DNA from: Gammaproteobacteria bacterium
Lineage (GTDB): Bacteria > Pseudomonadota > Gammaproteobacteria > Eutrophobiales > Eutrophobiaceae
Assembly (NCBI GenBank): GCA_965116495.1
Contig: OZ220696.1
Coordinates: forward strand, 1,024,001-1,088,000
Length of the DNA stretch: 64,000 bases
Direction of reading: 5' to 3'
Of this stretch, positions 9,492 to 19,500 are shown in pieces; within the stretch, counting starts at the first letter, position 1, and the number at the start of each line of letters is the position of its first letter. A program made the translations under genes and the position numbers. The notes beneath the pieces were generated by a model. The model had not been told where the DNA came from. It saw nothing but the letters and a program-made list of their open reading frames with translations, and did not search any database.

Positions 9492-11372
9492 TTACGTTTT
9501 CTCCACCGGATAATACCCGCAGAATTTCGTTTTCAAGATCCCCTGCCCGTGGGACGACGCATACAGAACAGGCGTGTATTCAAAAGTCTCGGCAAACGGC
9601 ACCCGCCCGGTGAACAGCAATCGCTCCCCATCAGCAGCGGGTTGCTCAAACTGTGCCCGCATCTTTACAAGATCACGATAGATTTGTGAACCGTATTCTT
9701 CAGGGACACTGATCCGGAACTCCATCACTGGTTCCAGCAAACGGGTACCGGATTTCTCCAGGGCCATGTTGAATACGATTGGTGTCACTATTTTATAATC
9801 TTCCGGTTTTGTACCGAGATCGTACTTGCAGTAACCATCAACCAATATCACTTTCAGATCCGTTATCTCCCGGCCATTCGGTCCCTTATATCTGATTTTC
9901 TCCAATATCTGCGGGATCTGTTTCATGAATTTCTGATAGATTTTGTTATCCCCGCTAATGAGTGAATCATATTCAAAGCCACTACCCACAGGTAAGGGTT
10001 CTATCCTGAGTTCAAGATCTGCATACCCACCATCACGAAATTTAATCCCGGCTTCCCCCACACCTGCGGGTGTCTCCTTATAAATTACACAGGGTTCGGA
10101 AAAGCCGGCCACAAGGTTGAATCGTGAAAACAGCATGTTGCAGATTATTTCCATCTGCACTTCACCGAAGAAACGCAGGTTTATCTCGCGTTGTTCTTCC
10201 AACCATTCCACATTCAACAGCGGATCTTCATCTTCAAGTCGCTGTAAGGCTTCCAGCAAGTCATGCCATTCGTTGCTTTGCGCCGGGAAAATCTTTGCAG
10301 TCAGCATGGGCTCCGCTGGTGCAGGCAAGTCGGGTATCGCATAGCCGCTGCCCAACACGTGCCCAACCTTAGTGTTTTTCATACCAAATAACACCCCGAT
10401 ATCACCTGCTTCCAGGGTGTCAGTATTTTCGTAGTCTCTACCTCGTGCAAGCCCAAGCATTCGTGTTGCTTTTTCCTGTTTCCCGGTCGTTTCGTTACGA
10501 ATTGCCAGCCGTTGCTCTATCGTACCTTCAAACACGCGAGCGTGGACCATACGGCCGTCAACGCTACCAGTCTCTACCTTGAATATCACCGCTGAAAGTT
10601 CATTTGCGTTGTTCCCCCCGGGTCCGGGCAGGTAATTGATTATCGCGTCCAGCACCTCTGGGACACCCTGGCCGGTCATTGCAACACCAAAGAACACGGG
10701 GAATACTTTCCCTTCTTTCGTATGTCTCAGAATAAGTCCTTCCATTTCGTCCCAGTTTGCGCGTTCATCGTGAGCGTACCTGTGCATCATTTGCTCATCC
10801 TGATGGGCGAGACACTCCATCGCTTTCATTATCGTTTGCGGATGATCTGCTATGGGTATGAGCCCGGGGGTTTTTCCCCCAGCCCGGGACACGAATTGCA
10901 TCGGCAAAATTGATGTGGAAAGCTGTTTTGCCATTTCTTCCACAAGCTTTTGAGGATCGGCTCCTGCCCTGTCCAGTTTATTGACAAAGATCAGTGTCGG
11001 GATACCCAGTTCCCGCAAGGCTATCCAGATAGTCAATGTCTGTAACTGGACCCCTTCAACCGAGGAGACCACCAGAACTGCACCGTCCAGCGCTCGTATA
11101 GAGCGCTCTACTTCCGGATAAAAATCCGCATGTCCAGGTGTATCTATAATCCGCACATTCGTTCCTTTCCAATCCAGCGCTACAGATGCGGAGCGCACGG
11201 TAATGCCGCGCGTTCTTTCAACTTCCATTGAATCCGTGATGGACGTACCGTGATCGACCCTGCCCGGTGTCCGGATAACACCGCTGGCATACAACAGCTG
11301 CTCGGTCAGGGTGGTTTTGCCCGCATCCACGTGCGCCATGATGCCAATATTGCGGACCTGATCAGTTCGCAT
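9492..11372 (-). CDS. TetM/TetO/OtrA-like ribosomal-protection-type translational GTPase (EF-G paralog), 626 aa
   Basis: Start MRTDQVRNIGIMAHVDAGKTT at 11372; RVDHGTSITDSMEVERTRGIT, DTPGH, NKLD, IYKETP, LLEPVMEF; size and G-domain signature fit RPP-like proteins rather than fusA. Confidence 0.8.
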   Translation of the reverse strand: MRTDQVRNIGIMAHVDAGKTTLTEQLLYASGVIRTPGRVDHGTSITDSMEVERTRGITVRSASVALDWKGTNVRIIDTPGHADFYPEVERSIRALDGAVLVVSSVEGVQLQTLTIWIALRELGIPTLIFVNKLDRAGADPQKLVEEMAKQLSTSILPMQFVSRAGGKTPGLIPIADHPQTIMKAMECLAHQDEQMMHRYAHDERANWDEMEGLILRHTKEGKVFPVFFGVAMTGQGVPEVLDAIINYLPGPGGNNANELSAVIFKVETGSVDGRMVHARVFEGTIEQRLAIRNETTGKQEKATRMLGLARGRDYENTDTLEAGDIGVLFGMKNTKVGHVLGSGYAIPDLPAPAEPMLTAKIFPAQSNEWHDLLEALQRLEDEDPLLNVEWLEEQREINLRFFGEVQMEIICNMLFSRFNLVAGFSEPCVIYKETPAGVGEAGIKFRDGGYADLELRIEPLPVGSGFEYDSLISGDNKIYQKFMKQIPQILEKIRYKGPNGREITDLKVILVDGYCKYDLGTKPEDYKIVTPIVFNMALEKSGTRLLEPVMEFRISVPEEYGSQIYRDLVKMRAQFEQPAADGERLLFTGRVPFAETFEYTPVLYASSHGQGILKTKFCGYYPVEKT

Positions 11373-12591
11373 TGGCTGGCAATACTTTTTCCGGATTACT
11401 TTTTCCCTTGAGCACCAGGGCCAGCGCGGCGACAACCGCAACCACGCCCATGATCATTGCAAATTGGCGTACGCCGCCATCCGGCAACAAGCTGTCGGTA
11501 AGCGACGTCAGTGAACCCAGCGTGGTCTGGATAGTCAACAGGGCTGCGGAAGACACGCCGGCAGGACTGTCGGTGGCATCCATGGCCAGCGGGGGGATGG
11601 TGGTGAAGAGAAATGCATTGCCGAACGCGATTAACGCCAAAGGTCCGGAAAGCACAGGCAGCGAGCCTGGAGAGAATAGTGCAACCAGCGCCAGCAGGAC
11701 ACATCCTGTTACCACCAGACTCGTCCCCAGTGTCAAAACCTGTTCTGTAGGTAACGTCTTCACCAGGGCCCGGGTGGTCAAGGTGCCGAGAATGAACACA
11801 AATATAATGCTACCCTGGTAATACCCGTAAAATTCAGGGGCTTTGTCAAACTGGTTTGCCAGGATAAATGGAACGGCGGTAGGAAACAACACAAAATAGC
11901 CCACAGCGGTGGACTGGATAATGGCGAAACACAGGAATGCACGGTTGCGTAATACCCGCGCATAATCCCGCCCTATCAATTTAATCGAGACAGTCCGACT
12001 GCCGGTGTCGATGGTTTCATGCAGGTATTTCCACAGCAACAGGGTCAGGACGGCAGCCATAATCGTCAATACGGCAAAATTTGCCCGCCAGCCAAACGTC
12101 ACAAAAATGTAAGCGCCCAGTATCGGTGAAAATATGGGCACTACGGCGCAGGCCGCGCCCCACACGGCAAATGCCCGCACCTTGTCCTTACCCGTATAAC
12201 AATCGTTGATAATCGAATACACCAGTACACCTTCGGCCGCCAGGGATAGTCCCAGGAGAATGCGGGCAACGATCAGTTGTTCTATGGATACGGCCAGGGT
12301 GCAGAACAGGCAACATAAAGCGGCAAAACAGATGGCGCTTATAAGTATCGGTTTGCGGCCAAAGCGCTCCGACAAGGGGCCGTATACCAGGGTGCCGGCG
12401 CCGTAGGTTAACGCGTTAAGGCTTACCGTTAGCTTGACCAGTTCCGTAGTTGTGCCAAAGTATTCCGGAAGATACGGCAGGCTGGGCGCGTAGAGATCCA
12501 AAGACATAATGGTCAGGGACGTGGTCAAGACCAGCAGTACCAACGTGACCAGCGTCTTCGTGTGTTCGTTGTTCATGCTTTCTTTTTCCAC
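11362..12591 (-). CDS. MFS transporter, Bcr/CflA family (paralog of 469-1692)
   Basis: DLYAPSLPYLPEYFGTT identical to the first copy; GPLSERFGRKPI; ATG at 12576 is an alternative start. Confidence 0.9.
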   Translation of the reverse strand: MEKESMNNEHTKTLVTLVLLVLTTSLTIMSLDLYAPSLPYLPEYFGTTTELVKLTVSLNALTYGAGTLVYGPLSERFGRKPILISAICFAALCCLFCTLAVSIEQLIVARILLGLSLAAEGVLVYSIINDCYTGKDKVRAFAVWGAACAVVPIFSPILGAYIFVTFGWRANFAVLTIMAAVLTLLLWKYLHETIDTGSRTVSIKLIGRDYARVLRNRAFLCFAIIQSTAVGYFVLFPTAVPFILANQFDKAPEFYGYYQGSIIFVFILGTLTTRALVKTLPTEQVLTLGTSLVVTGCVLLALVALFSPGSLPVLSGPLALIAFGNAFLFTTIPPLAMDATDSPAGVSSAALLTIQTTLGSLTSLTDSLLPDGGVRQFAMIMGVVAVVAALALVLKGKSNPEKVLPANAN

Positions 12592-12597
12592 CTGCTT

Positions 12598-12628
12598 AAA
12601 AAAAACCCCCTGTTATATCAGGGGGTTT
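12598..12628 (-). terminator. Rho-independent terminator after the TonB receptor gene
   Basis: AAACCCCCTG / CAGGGGGTTT stem followed by a T-run on the minus strand. Confidence 0.7.
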
Positions 12629-12706
12629 CCATTGTACGTCAATGTGCATAATGGACCGGGGGGACCAATTGCACCTCCACGTGCTCAATGGACCGTTGCC
12701 GCCATC

Positions 12707-14968
12707 CTACTTGAAATGCCAGGTCACGGTGGCGCCGAAATAACGCGGAGGAGAGAAACTGGCAACGTCAACAATGTAGTCCGTTTCCGTCTCATAGCGC
12801 AACCACCATTGGAAGAAGTCATCCCAGGAACCCAGCTTGTCGCGCTTGTCCAGCAGGTTTCTCACCCATAAACTGACTTCAAACCGCTCGGAAGGGCTGG
12901 TCCAGTTGCCCTGTAAGTTGATCAGCCCGGCAAATTTTGCCGAGTCTTCCGGGCCGCTTTCCTCCGCGTATAATTGCCGGCTCTTTTCGGTCCAGTCACC
13001 ACTCAGCCTGAAGGTGCTGCCGTTGGGCAGCGGATGGTCATAGCTGCCACCCATGGCGAAGGAGTGTTTCGGGGTCAGTTTAAGCGGGTTGCCGTCGAAG
13101 GAATCGCCGCCGTAGTTGGAAGCTCCCCCACCATACTTGCCACTCTGGTGGGTGTAGTTTGCCCAGAGGTTGAAATTGTCCGTTAACTGGAAGGTAAATT
13201 CGGTCTCAATGCCGTCATTATTTGCATAGCCGACATTACCCGCCCAGAACCCCAGGGGATTCAACAGCAGGTACTGCAAGTTCTTGTATTTTACATCGAA
13301 GTAAGTGAGGTTCGCGGTGATGCGATTGTTCAGCCATTGGCTGCGCAGGCCAACTTCCCAGGAATCGGTAAATTCCGGATCATAGGGAACTTTCACGCTT
13401 TCCTCACCCGTGGGGTTGCCATCCCCATCGAAGTTACCGGCGCCTGCGCCGGTAAATCCCCCTGACTTGAAGCCTTCGGTGTACGAGCCGTATACCATGA
13501 TGTCATCATTGAGGTGAAAATTCGCACCCACACGCCAGGTCGGCTCCTCCCAGGAACCGCTGAAATCGCTCTCAAAGACACTTGAGCACCAGAAGCCGCC
13601 CTCCACGTGACAGAAGAATGTCCCGTCTTTCTCGTCCCGGGTCCAGCGGTACCCACCGAATACTGCAACCTGTTCCGTCACGTCAATGGTGGTATCAAAG
13701 AACACGGCATAACTGTTGGAATTCACCAGTTGGTCCGCTTGCTCCTCGGTCACGACGGTCCAGGCGGAGGCTTCACTTTTGGGCAAGCCGTTAGGGTTCA
13801 GTATCTCATCACGGCGGTTCTTCTGGTCGAGATAGAAAAACCCGGTCACCAGGTCAATCCTGTCGCCGATTTCCCAGTCCACCCGTATTTCCTGGGTAAA
13901 GGTTTCAACTTCCGTACCCTGGTAAGGGAAGGCTTCGGCGCTGTGCAGGGGGTTGCTTGACTTTCCGTTTACGCCGTCAAAATCCCGGTTGAACATCTCA
14001 CCCTTGTAGTCCCGGTACGAGGTAATGGAGTGGAATACTCCCATCCCCGTTTCATAACTGATATTGGCGACGATCCCCCAGCTGTCACGATCATAATGGC
14101 CATCCAGGTCCTGGGATACCTGGTCCAGGCCGTTGACGGCCGGAATGCCCAAGTCGCGCATCAGTTGGGATTGTCCTCCCAGAAAATCCTGGGGCATGCC
14201 GAAGGAGTTATCTACCATGTAATCGCCGGTAATGACGATATCCAGTTGTTCATTGGGTTCGAACAGCAGCTTGCCGCGCATGCTGGTTATGTCTTCCTTG
14301 CCAAGCATGGAGCCGGTGACCAGGTTCCTGGAATAACCGCCGGTATCCCTGGATTTTGCCGCCAGGCTGCCGAACACACCCTCGGCGATCTGGCCGCTGA
14401 CCATACCGGATAACTCGAGTCTTTCATGGTTGCCTACCGTCACGCGCGCCCTGGCGCGGAATTCTTCATCCGGATTGCGTGTAACGAAGTGGATAATGCC
14501 GCCATTGGTGTTGCGGCCGAACAAGGTGCCTTGCGGGCCGCGCAAGACTTCCACCCGTTCCAGGTCCAGCAGGTCGAACTCCAGTGTGGTCGTCGTGCCC
14601 AGGAAGACCTCATCGATAAATATGGCAACGTTCGGATCTGCGCCTGGGTAATCATCCTGCGAAGACCCTCCCCGGATGCCCAGGGGGGTAAAACTTTTCA
14701 TTGGCTGCCCGTAACCAACGCCGGGAATCTGGGCCAGCAAGTCAGCCACGTCGTCAATGCGCGCCTGTTCCAGGTAAGCGCCGGAATAAACACTGACGGC
14801 CACGGGAACGTCTTGCAAGGACTCCTCCTTCTTCCGGGCAGTTACTATGATTTCTTCAATAACAGAATCCTCATCCGACTGCGCTGGCGCGTGATTAACA
14901 GGTAACACTAAAGCACAGGCTAGAATAATGATGAAATACTTCAGGTAAGTCCGATTATCGGCAGCCAT
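12707..14968 (-). CDS. TonB-dependent receptor
   Basis: Signal peptide, EEIIVTARKKEESLQDVP TonB box, VEVLRGPQGTLFGRN plug motif, aromatic C-terminus. Confidence 0.93.
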   Translation of the reverse strand: MAADNRTYLKYFIIILACALVLPVNHAPAQSDEDSVIEEIIVTARKKEESLQDVPVAVSVYSGAYLEQARIDDVADLLAQIPGVGYGQPMKSFTPLGIRGGSSQDDYPGADPNVAIFIDEVFLGTTTTLEFDLLDLERVEVLRGPQGTLFGRNTNGGIIHFVTRNPDEEFRARARVTVGNHERLELSGMVSGQIAEGVFGSLAAKSRDTGGYSRNLVTGSMLGKEDITSMRGKLLFEPNEQLDIVITGDYMVDNSFGMPQDFLGGQSQLMRDLGIPAVNGLDQVSQDLDGHYDRDSWGIVANISYETGMGVFHSITSYRDYKGEMFNRDFDGVNGKSSNPLHSAEAFPYQGTEVETFTQEIRVDWEIGDRIDLVTGFFYLDQKNRRDEILNPNGLPKSEASAWTVVTEEQADQLVNSNSYAVFFDTTIDVTEQVAVFGGYRWTRDEKDGTFFCHVEGGFWCSSVFESDFSGSWEEPTWRVGANFHLNDDIMVYGSYTEGFKSGGFTGAGAGNFDGDGNPTGEESVKVPYDPEFTDSWEVGLRSQWLNNRITANLTYFDVKYKNLQYLLLNPLGFWAGNVGYANNDGIETEFTFQLTDNFNLWANYTHQSGKYGGGASNYGGDSFDGNPLKLTPKHSFAMGGSYDHPLPNGSTFRLSGDWTEKSRQLYAEESGPEDSAKFAGLINLQGNWTSPSERFEVSLWVRNLLDKRDKLGSWDDFFQWWLRYETETDYIVDVASFSPPRYFGATVTWHFK

Positions 14969-15132
14969 CTCGATACCCCTCTTGATTGGGAACAGTATTG
15001 GAAATTGTTACAATCTCTACGGAAGAGTATAGATTTAGGGGCTACGGCTTTTTATATCATTTTTGCCAAAAAGATTATCGAATCAGGTCTGATAACTGAC
15101 AAAATCCTTGTCAATAGCGGAGCATATAAAGA

Positions 15133-16512
15133 TTATGAAAGTTCCAGGTAGCGGCGTAATTCCCAGTCGGTAATGGCTTTGCGATATTCCTTCTCGTGCT
15201 CCTGCTTGTTGGCGCTGAACAAGCGCACAAATTCCTCTCCGAACCATTCCCTGGCAAACGCTGATTTGCTGAACCTCTCTATTGAATCAGCAAACGATGC
15301 CGGAAAGCGCAATTCATCCGCTACACTGTCAAGTTCTTCGTACAGATTGCCTTCTGTTTCGGCGGTCGGCTCAATGCGGTTTTCTATACCCCACAGGCCT
15401 GTACCCAGGGTACATGCGATGGCAAGGTATGGATTGACATCAGCGCCCGGGATACGGTTCTCCACTCGTTGCACCTTTGGAGAACTGTTGATCACCCGCA
15501 GACTGGCTGTACGGTTGTCAACGCCCCAACTGGATGCCACCGGAGCGAAAATATCGGGCACGAAACGTTTGAAAGAGTTGATGTTGGGCGCCATCATCAG
15601 CAGAACTTCAGGCATCTTGTACTGCATGCCGCCGATGAAATATCGCATGGTCTCGCTGAGGTTATGCGGCTTTGACGGATCATGGAGAACCAGGTTGTCA
15701 TCCTTGTCTCTGAGGGAGAGATTGATATGACCACTGGAACCGTCGCTATGAGCATCATAACGCGCCATAAAACTCAACAACATGTTATTTCGCAATGCAA
15801 ACGCCTTGGCGAAGGTCTTGTATATCACCGCATCGTCTGCGGCACGCATCCCTTCCGCGTAAGCTGGGACAAGTTCGGCAAACCCCGGAGCCAATTCCCA
15901 ATGGGCAACTTCAATCGGTATTCCGAGGTGTTCCATGGCGCCAATGAACTCGGCAAAGAACTCCGACCAGACTGTCTGCCTCATTACGCCCAGGTAGTTG
16001 GATGCCGGCGTTGCCAATTCCAGGTTTTTGAAGTCCTTCCGATACAGGGATTCAACGGTTTCGTTGAACAATCTGAATTCCAGTTCGCAGGAGAGCAAGA
16101 CTCGGAACCCCATGGCCTCGGCTTTTTCCATCATTCGACCACACAGTACCCGAGGATCATATTCAATTCCCTCACCGGTATGCTCAATCAGGAAAAACAG
16201 GTTTCGCTCCGGCGGTTCCCAGGGTACTTCACGACATGATTCAATGACCACCCGGGTCACACTGTCGCCGAACCCACCGCCGTCGACAATGAGACCTTCT
16301 ACTGGATAAATTACATCGGTAAAGTCCACCGCGGCAAAATTACGCGTCATTGGCAAGCCATTATCCAGACCGCTCAGTAACTTGTCCCTGGAGATATATT
16401 TCCCCCGTAGCTGCCCCGTATGATCGGTAAACCCTATCTGGACGTGCGAGGTGCCTCTCGCATCGAACAGCTCTGCAACGTCCTGTCTGGTTCTGACCTG
16501 TAAATCAGTCAT
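15133..16512 (-). CDS. Glutamine-synthetase-like gamma-glutamyl:amine ligase (PuuA/GlnA-like)
   Basis: LRGK, ELEF, NSFKR, WGVDNRT, RVENRIPGADVNPY, ITDWELRRY. Confidence 0.85.
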   Translation of the reverse strand: MTDLQVRTRQDVAELFDARGTSHVQIGFTDHTGQLRGKYISRDKLLSGLDNGLPMTRNFAAVDFTDVIYPVEGLIVDGGGFGDSVTRVVIESCREVPWEPPERNLFFLIEHTGEGIEYDPRVLCGRMMEKAEAMGFRVLLSCELEFRLFNETVESLYRKDFKNLELATPASNYLGVMRQTVWSEFFAEFIGAMEHLGIPIEVAHWELAPGFAELVPAYAEGMRAADDAVIYKTFAKAFALRNNMLLSFMARYDAHSDGSSGHINLSLRDKDDNLVLHDPSKPHNLSETMRYFIGGMQYKMPEVLLMMAPNINSFKRFVPDIFAPVASSWGVDNRTASLRVINSSPKVQRVENRIPGADVNPYLAIACTLGTGLWGIENRIEPTAETEGNLYEELDSVADELRFPASFADSIERFSKSAFAREWFGEEFVRLFSANKQEHEKEYRKAITDWELRRYLELS

Positions 16513-18167
16513 GAGTAAATCACCTGTTCACTGAACCGTCTGAGTACGTTATGGGTTATTCTTTCTGTGAAGACATCACGTCGTTTAAGCCCAAGCGACC
16601 ACAAGCACGACCCCGCATTAACCACCTCGCCTTTTCCACGCCGGTAATGCACTACCATTCCGGAACTGTAGCGGACTTTCCTGAGATTTTCCGGACTATC
16701 ATCGCCATACAAGGCCTTGGCAACGATGCGGGCATCCTCGTTCAGCCACCAGACATTTGACAGTGGATTACCATGATCTTCTTCCAGTGTCACTGCCGGC
16801 GCCATGGCCAGAATTTCAATCTGATCAACCGGAGCGCCATCCTCACCTGTCGGATAAGGTAATCCTTCCTTGAAAGTGTAACTCAACCCGTCTACTTCAA
16901 ATCCGAAAATGCCGGCATCAGCGCCGAATACATCACCGTAGTAAAGATCGGTTCCAGCGAAAACCCAGTGGTTCGGACGGTACACGGTAAAACCGCCGGA
17001 ATGTCTCGGCGCCATCGCACCCATACGGGCATAAAGTCCTCGTGTGCCGTTTAAGCCCAAAGTGAGCGCTCCCGGGCGGCCCAGTACCCGATCATCCCAG
17101 ACACAGGTCAGCAGGTGCTTTTTCTCCGGATCATCACGAACCGGGTCCTGTTCGTGGGCCAGAAACTTGTATGAAACCTGGGTGTTTCCCTTGTCTTCCA
17201 GGCGGATTTGCCAGAAGAAATTACCGCCAAACCGTGCTACGCGGCCACCTCTGTCGACATATGCATCTATGGCATCACGCATGGGCGTAGACCAGTATTC
17301 ATCATGGCCTGCGATCACCACAGCACTATAATCATCCAGGTTAACGGTACCGAAATGCAGGTCATGCTGGGTCATATAATCCAACTGGTAACCTTCTTTT
17401 TCCGCCCATTTAACAAGCAAACTGTCGTATTCCGCATAGCTGCCGCCGACGTACCATTTGGAATATCCGTTACCCATAGCCCAACTGAAAAATGGAATAT
17501 CCACCGCCCAATCCGGGGGAATTTCCCGCTCATGACTAGCATGAGGAGCACCCTCAGGTAATCGCACACAGCCTCGATGCCAGGGGCGCTGGATGGAAAG
17601 CTCAGGCGAAAAACTCTTCTGATTATCTCCTGCTATTCCCTGATAAAAATTTGCTCCTCCCCATTCGTTATAGGCAATCCAGGTACTGGTCGCAAACAGC
17701 ATCAACAACCTGGCTTTATTCCGGTTGTCTCCAGCGGGCCGGATGATGAAGATATGGTGATGTTCTCGTGTGGCGCCCGTCCCATTTTCAACACGTGAAG
17801 TTACCACGTAAGGACCGGACTGCAGCCCCTCGGGAATAGTCCAGGTATGTGTTACCGGCCAACCTGCCCCCACTGCGTAGGCATTGTCCGGAGTAACCGG
17901 CATCGTGCCGGGCAATCCGGAAACTTCATATACTTTTTCAGTAACATATCCATCCCGAACTATTTCCAGGGAATATGTCTCAGCGCTGGCATAGACATGA
18001 AAATTTACCTCGTCCCCGGGGGCATAACTGATGTGGTCGGTATAGGTCCAGACTTCCAGGATTTCCGCATCGTTACTGGGGAATTCATACCAGTGACTGT
18101 CAGTGGCATAGTTGCCGGATTGGCCTATACGAAATCCGTATTGCTCCAGCGAGGGCGCCATAATCAA
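16509..18167 (-). CDS. N,N-dimethylformamidase beta-subunit-like protein
   Basis: TWIAYNEWGGANFY, YMTQHDLH, GHDEYWS, FGGNFFWQIR, GFEVDG, GEVVNAGS motifs typical of the DmfA2 family. Confidence 0.8.
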   Translation of the reverse strand: MIMAPSLEQYGFRIGQSGNYATDSHWYEFPSNDAEILEVWTYTDHISYAPGDEVNFHVYASAETYSLEIVRDGYVTEKVYEVSGLPGTMPVTPDNAYAVGAGWPVTHTWTIPEGLQSGPYVVTSRVENGTGATREHHHIFIIRPAGDNRNKARLLMLFATSTWIAYNEWGGANFYQGIAGDNQKSFSPELSIQRPWHRGCVRLPEGAPHASHEREIPPDWAVDIPFFSWAMGNGYSKWYVGGSYAEYDSLLVKWAEKEGYQLDYMTQHDLHFGTVNLDDYSAVVIAGHDEYWSTPMRDAIDAYVDRGGRVARFGGNFFWQIRLEDKGNTQVSYKFLAHEQDPVRDDPEKKHLLTCVWDDRVLGRPGALTLGLNGTRGLYARMGAMAPRHSGGFTVYRPNHWVFAGTDLYYGDVFGADAGIFGFEVDGLSYTFKEGLPYPTGEDGAPVDQIEILAMAPAVTLEEDHGNPLSNVWWLNEDARIVAKALYGDDSPENLRKVRYSSGMVVHYRRGKGEVVNAGSCLWSLGLKRRDVFTERITHNVLRRFSEQVIYS

Positions 18168-18571
18168 GCCGGCTTTCCCTCATCCATCGTTGCTTCCCTC
18201 CAGAGCAGATATTTCCCATCTTTTCCTCGTTTCAAGACTCCCTGGAAGCGACCCTTATCAAAAACTGTCTCCCCTCCCTGTCTTGGCGTCAATGCCAGGG
18301 TAAAACGGCCATTCACGAACAGAAAATCGCCGGCTTCAACAACAACGTCATCATGTACTTCGGCAAACCTCGCATCATACTGGGCCCAGATTTCGCGAAA
18401 CAGCTCGCGTGCCGCAGCGCGCCCTCCCAGTGTAGGGACACCATTGGACGTCAAGATAAAATCCTCAGCAAAATGATCCACCAGCCGCAAATCTGCGGCA
18501 TTATAGGCATCCCTTTCCGCCTTACGGTATTCTTCAAGCCCCTTAAGAGCCTCAGCAGATGCTTGTCTCAT
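18164..18571 (-). CDS. NTF2/SnoaL-like (DUF4440/YybH-type) small protein
   Basis: 135 aa; AYNAAD..HFAEDFIL, GRAAAR, beta-rich C-terminus; 4-nt overlap with the next gene. Confidence 0.7.
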   Translation of the reverse strand: MRQASAEALKGLEEYRKAERDAYNAADLRLVDHFAEDFILTSNGVPTLGGRAAARELFREIWAQYDARFAEVHDDVVVEAGDFLFVNGRFTLALTPRQGGETVFDKGRFQGVLKRGKDGKYLLWREATMDEGKPA

Positions 18572-18689
18572 GAGATAATATCAGAGAGTTTTATTTGTAA
18601 TTCAAGTTCAATTCTAGAAAGGTGTCGGTCTCAGTGCTATGACCAAACCGGCTGTTAAACTGTCATTTACGGACAGACTTAGACAGAAT

Positions 18690-18999
18690 TTTCTACTTGA
18701 GATCGTTCCAGTTTTGTGGGGGAGATCACCCAGGCAGCTCGTTGTGGTTAAAATTGATTCGCATATTCCCTCGGCGTTAACTGGCCCGGAGAACTGTGCG
18801 GACGGTAGCCATTATAGTCGATCCGCCAGGCTTCGATCTTCCTGCGTGCATCCTCCAGTGATTCGAACCCATGGCTGTTCAAACATTCATCCCGACAGCG
18901 GCCGTTAAAACTCTCAATATACGCATTTTCAACGGGTTTTTCCGGTCGGATAAAGTCCAGGCGCACGTCGTTCTCATACGCCCAGGCATCCAGGCGCTC
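18690..18999 (-). mobile_element. IS3-family transposase C-terminal remnant plus an IS3-like terminal repeat
   Basis: [41 protein letters not shown] (stop at 18748); TGATCTCCCCCACAAAACTGGAAC starting at 18728 on the minus strand resembles an IS3 end. Confidence 0.8.
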
Positions 19000-19085
19000 C
19001 TCATCCTGCGCCAAGGTACACGCTTGGATAAATTGGACTCTCACATGGAAGGGAACTATTTGGAAGAGTAAAGAAGAGAGAAAAA

Positions 19086-19156
19086 AGGCTGGGGTCGGAA
19101 TCGAACCGGCGTCGACGGCTTTGCAGGCCGCTGCATAACCACTCTGCCACCCAGCC
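19086..19156 (-). tRNA. tRNA-Cys (GCA), CCA not encoded
   Basis: GGCTGGGTGGCAGAGTGGTTATGCAGCGGCCTGCAAAGCCGTCGACGCCGGTTCGATTCCGACCCCAGCCT. Confidence 0.93.
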
Positions 19157-19283
19157 AGAGCTATACCCGGCATAAAAATGAAAACCCCGAGGCTTGACTC
19201 GGGGTTGATGGACAACCGTAATCCCATCCCCGGACCTGAACCGGGAACCTGATCCGGGCTTATCCCTGGTCAGGGTATATATT

Positions 19284-19359
<76 letters not shown>

Positions 19360-19444
19360 AATAACCAATATTTTCCTGCCTTCCCTGGCGCCGCGTCAAT
19401 ACCTTCGATACGCACCAGCGCCAGCCTTATGCCATTGGGATTGA

Positions 19445-19472
19445 ATTATAACCGGCTTAATGGAAGTGTCAA
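19445..19472 (-). promoter_or_regulatory. Sigma70 promoter for the tRNA-Gly/Cys operon
   Basis: Perfect TTGACA-N16-TATAAT on the minus strand. Confidence 0.75.
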
Positions 19473-19500
19473 GGCCGGCAACTCGTCATAATTTGATAAG

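Noticed and set aside
9492-11372. Housekeeping fusA or a bona fide tet resistance gene
   Set aside because: Shorter than EF-G, outside the str operon, and lacking the YSPVST loop and C-terminal extension of TetM; no gene symbol assigned.
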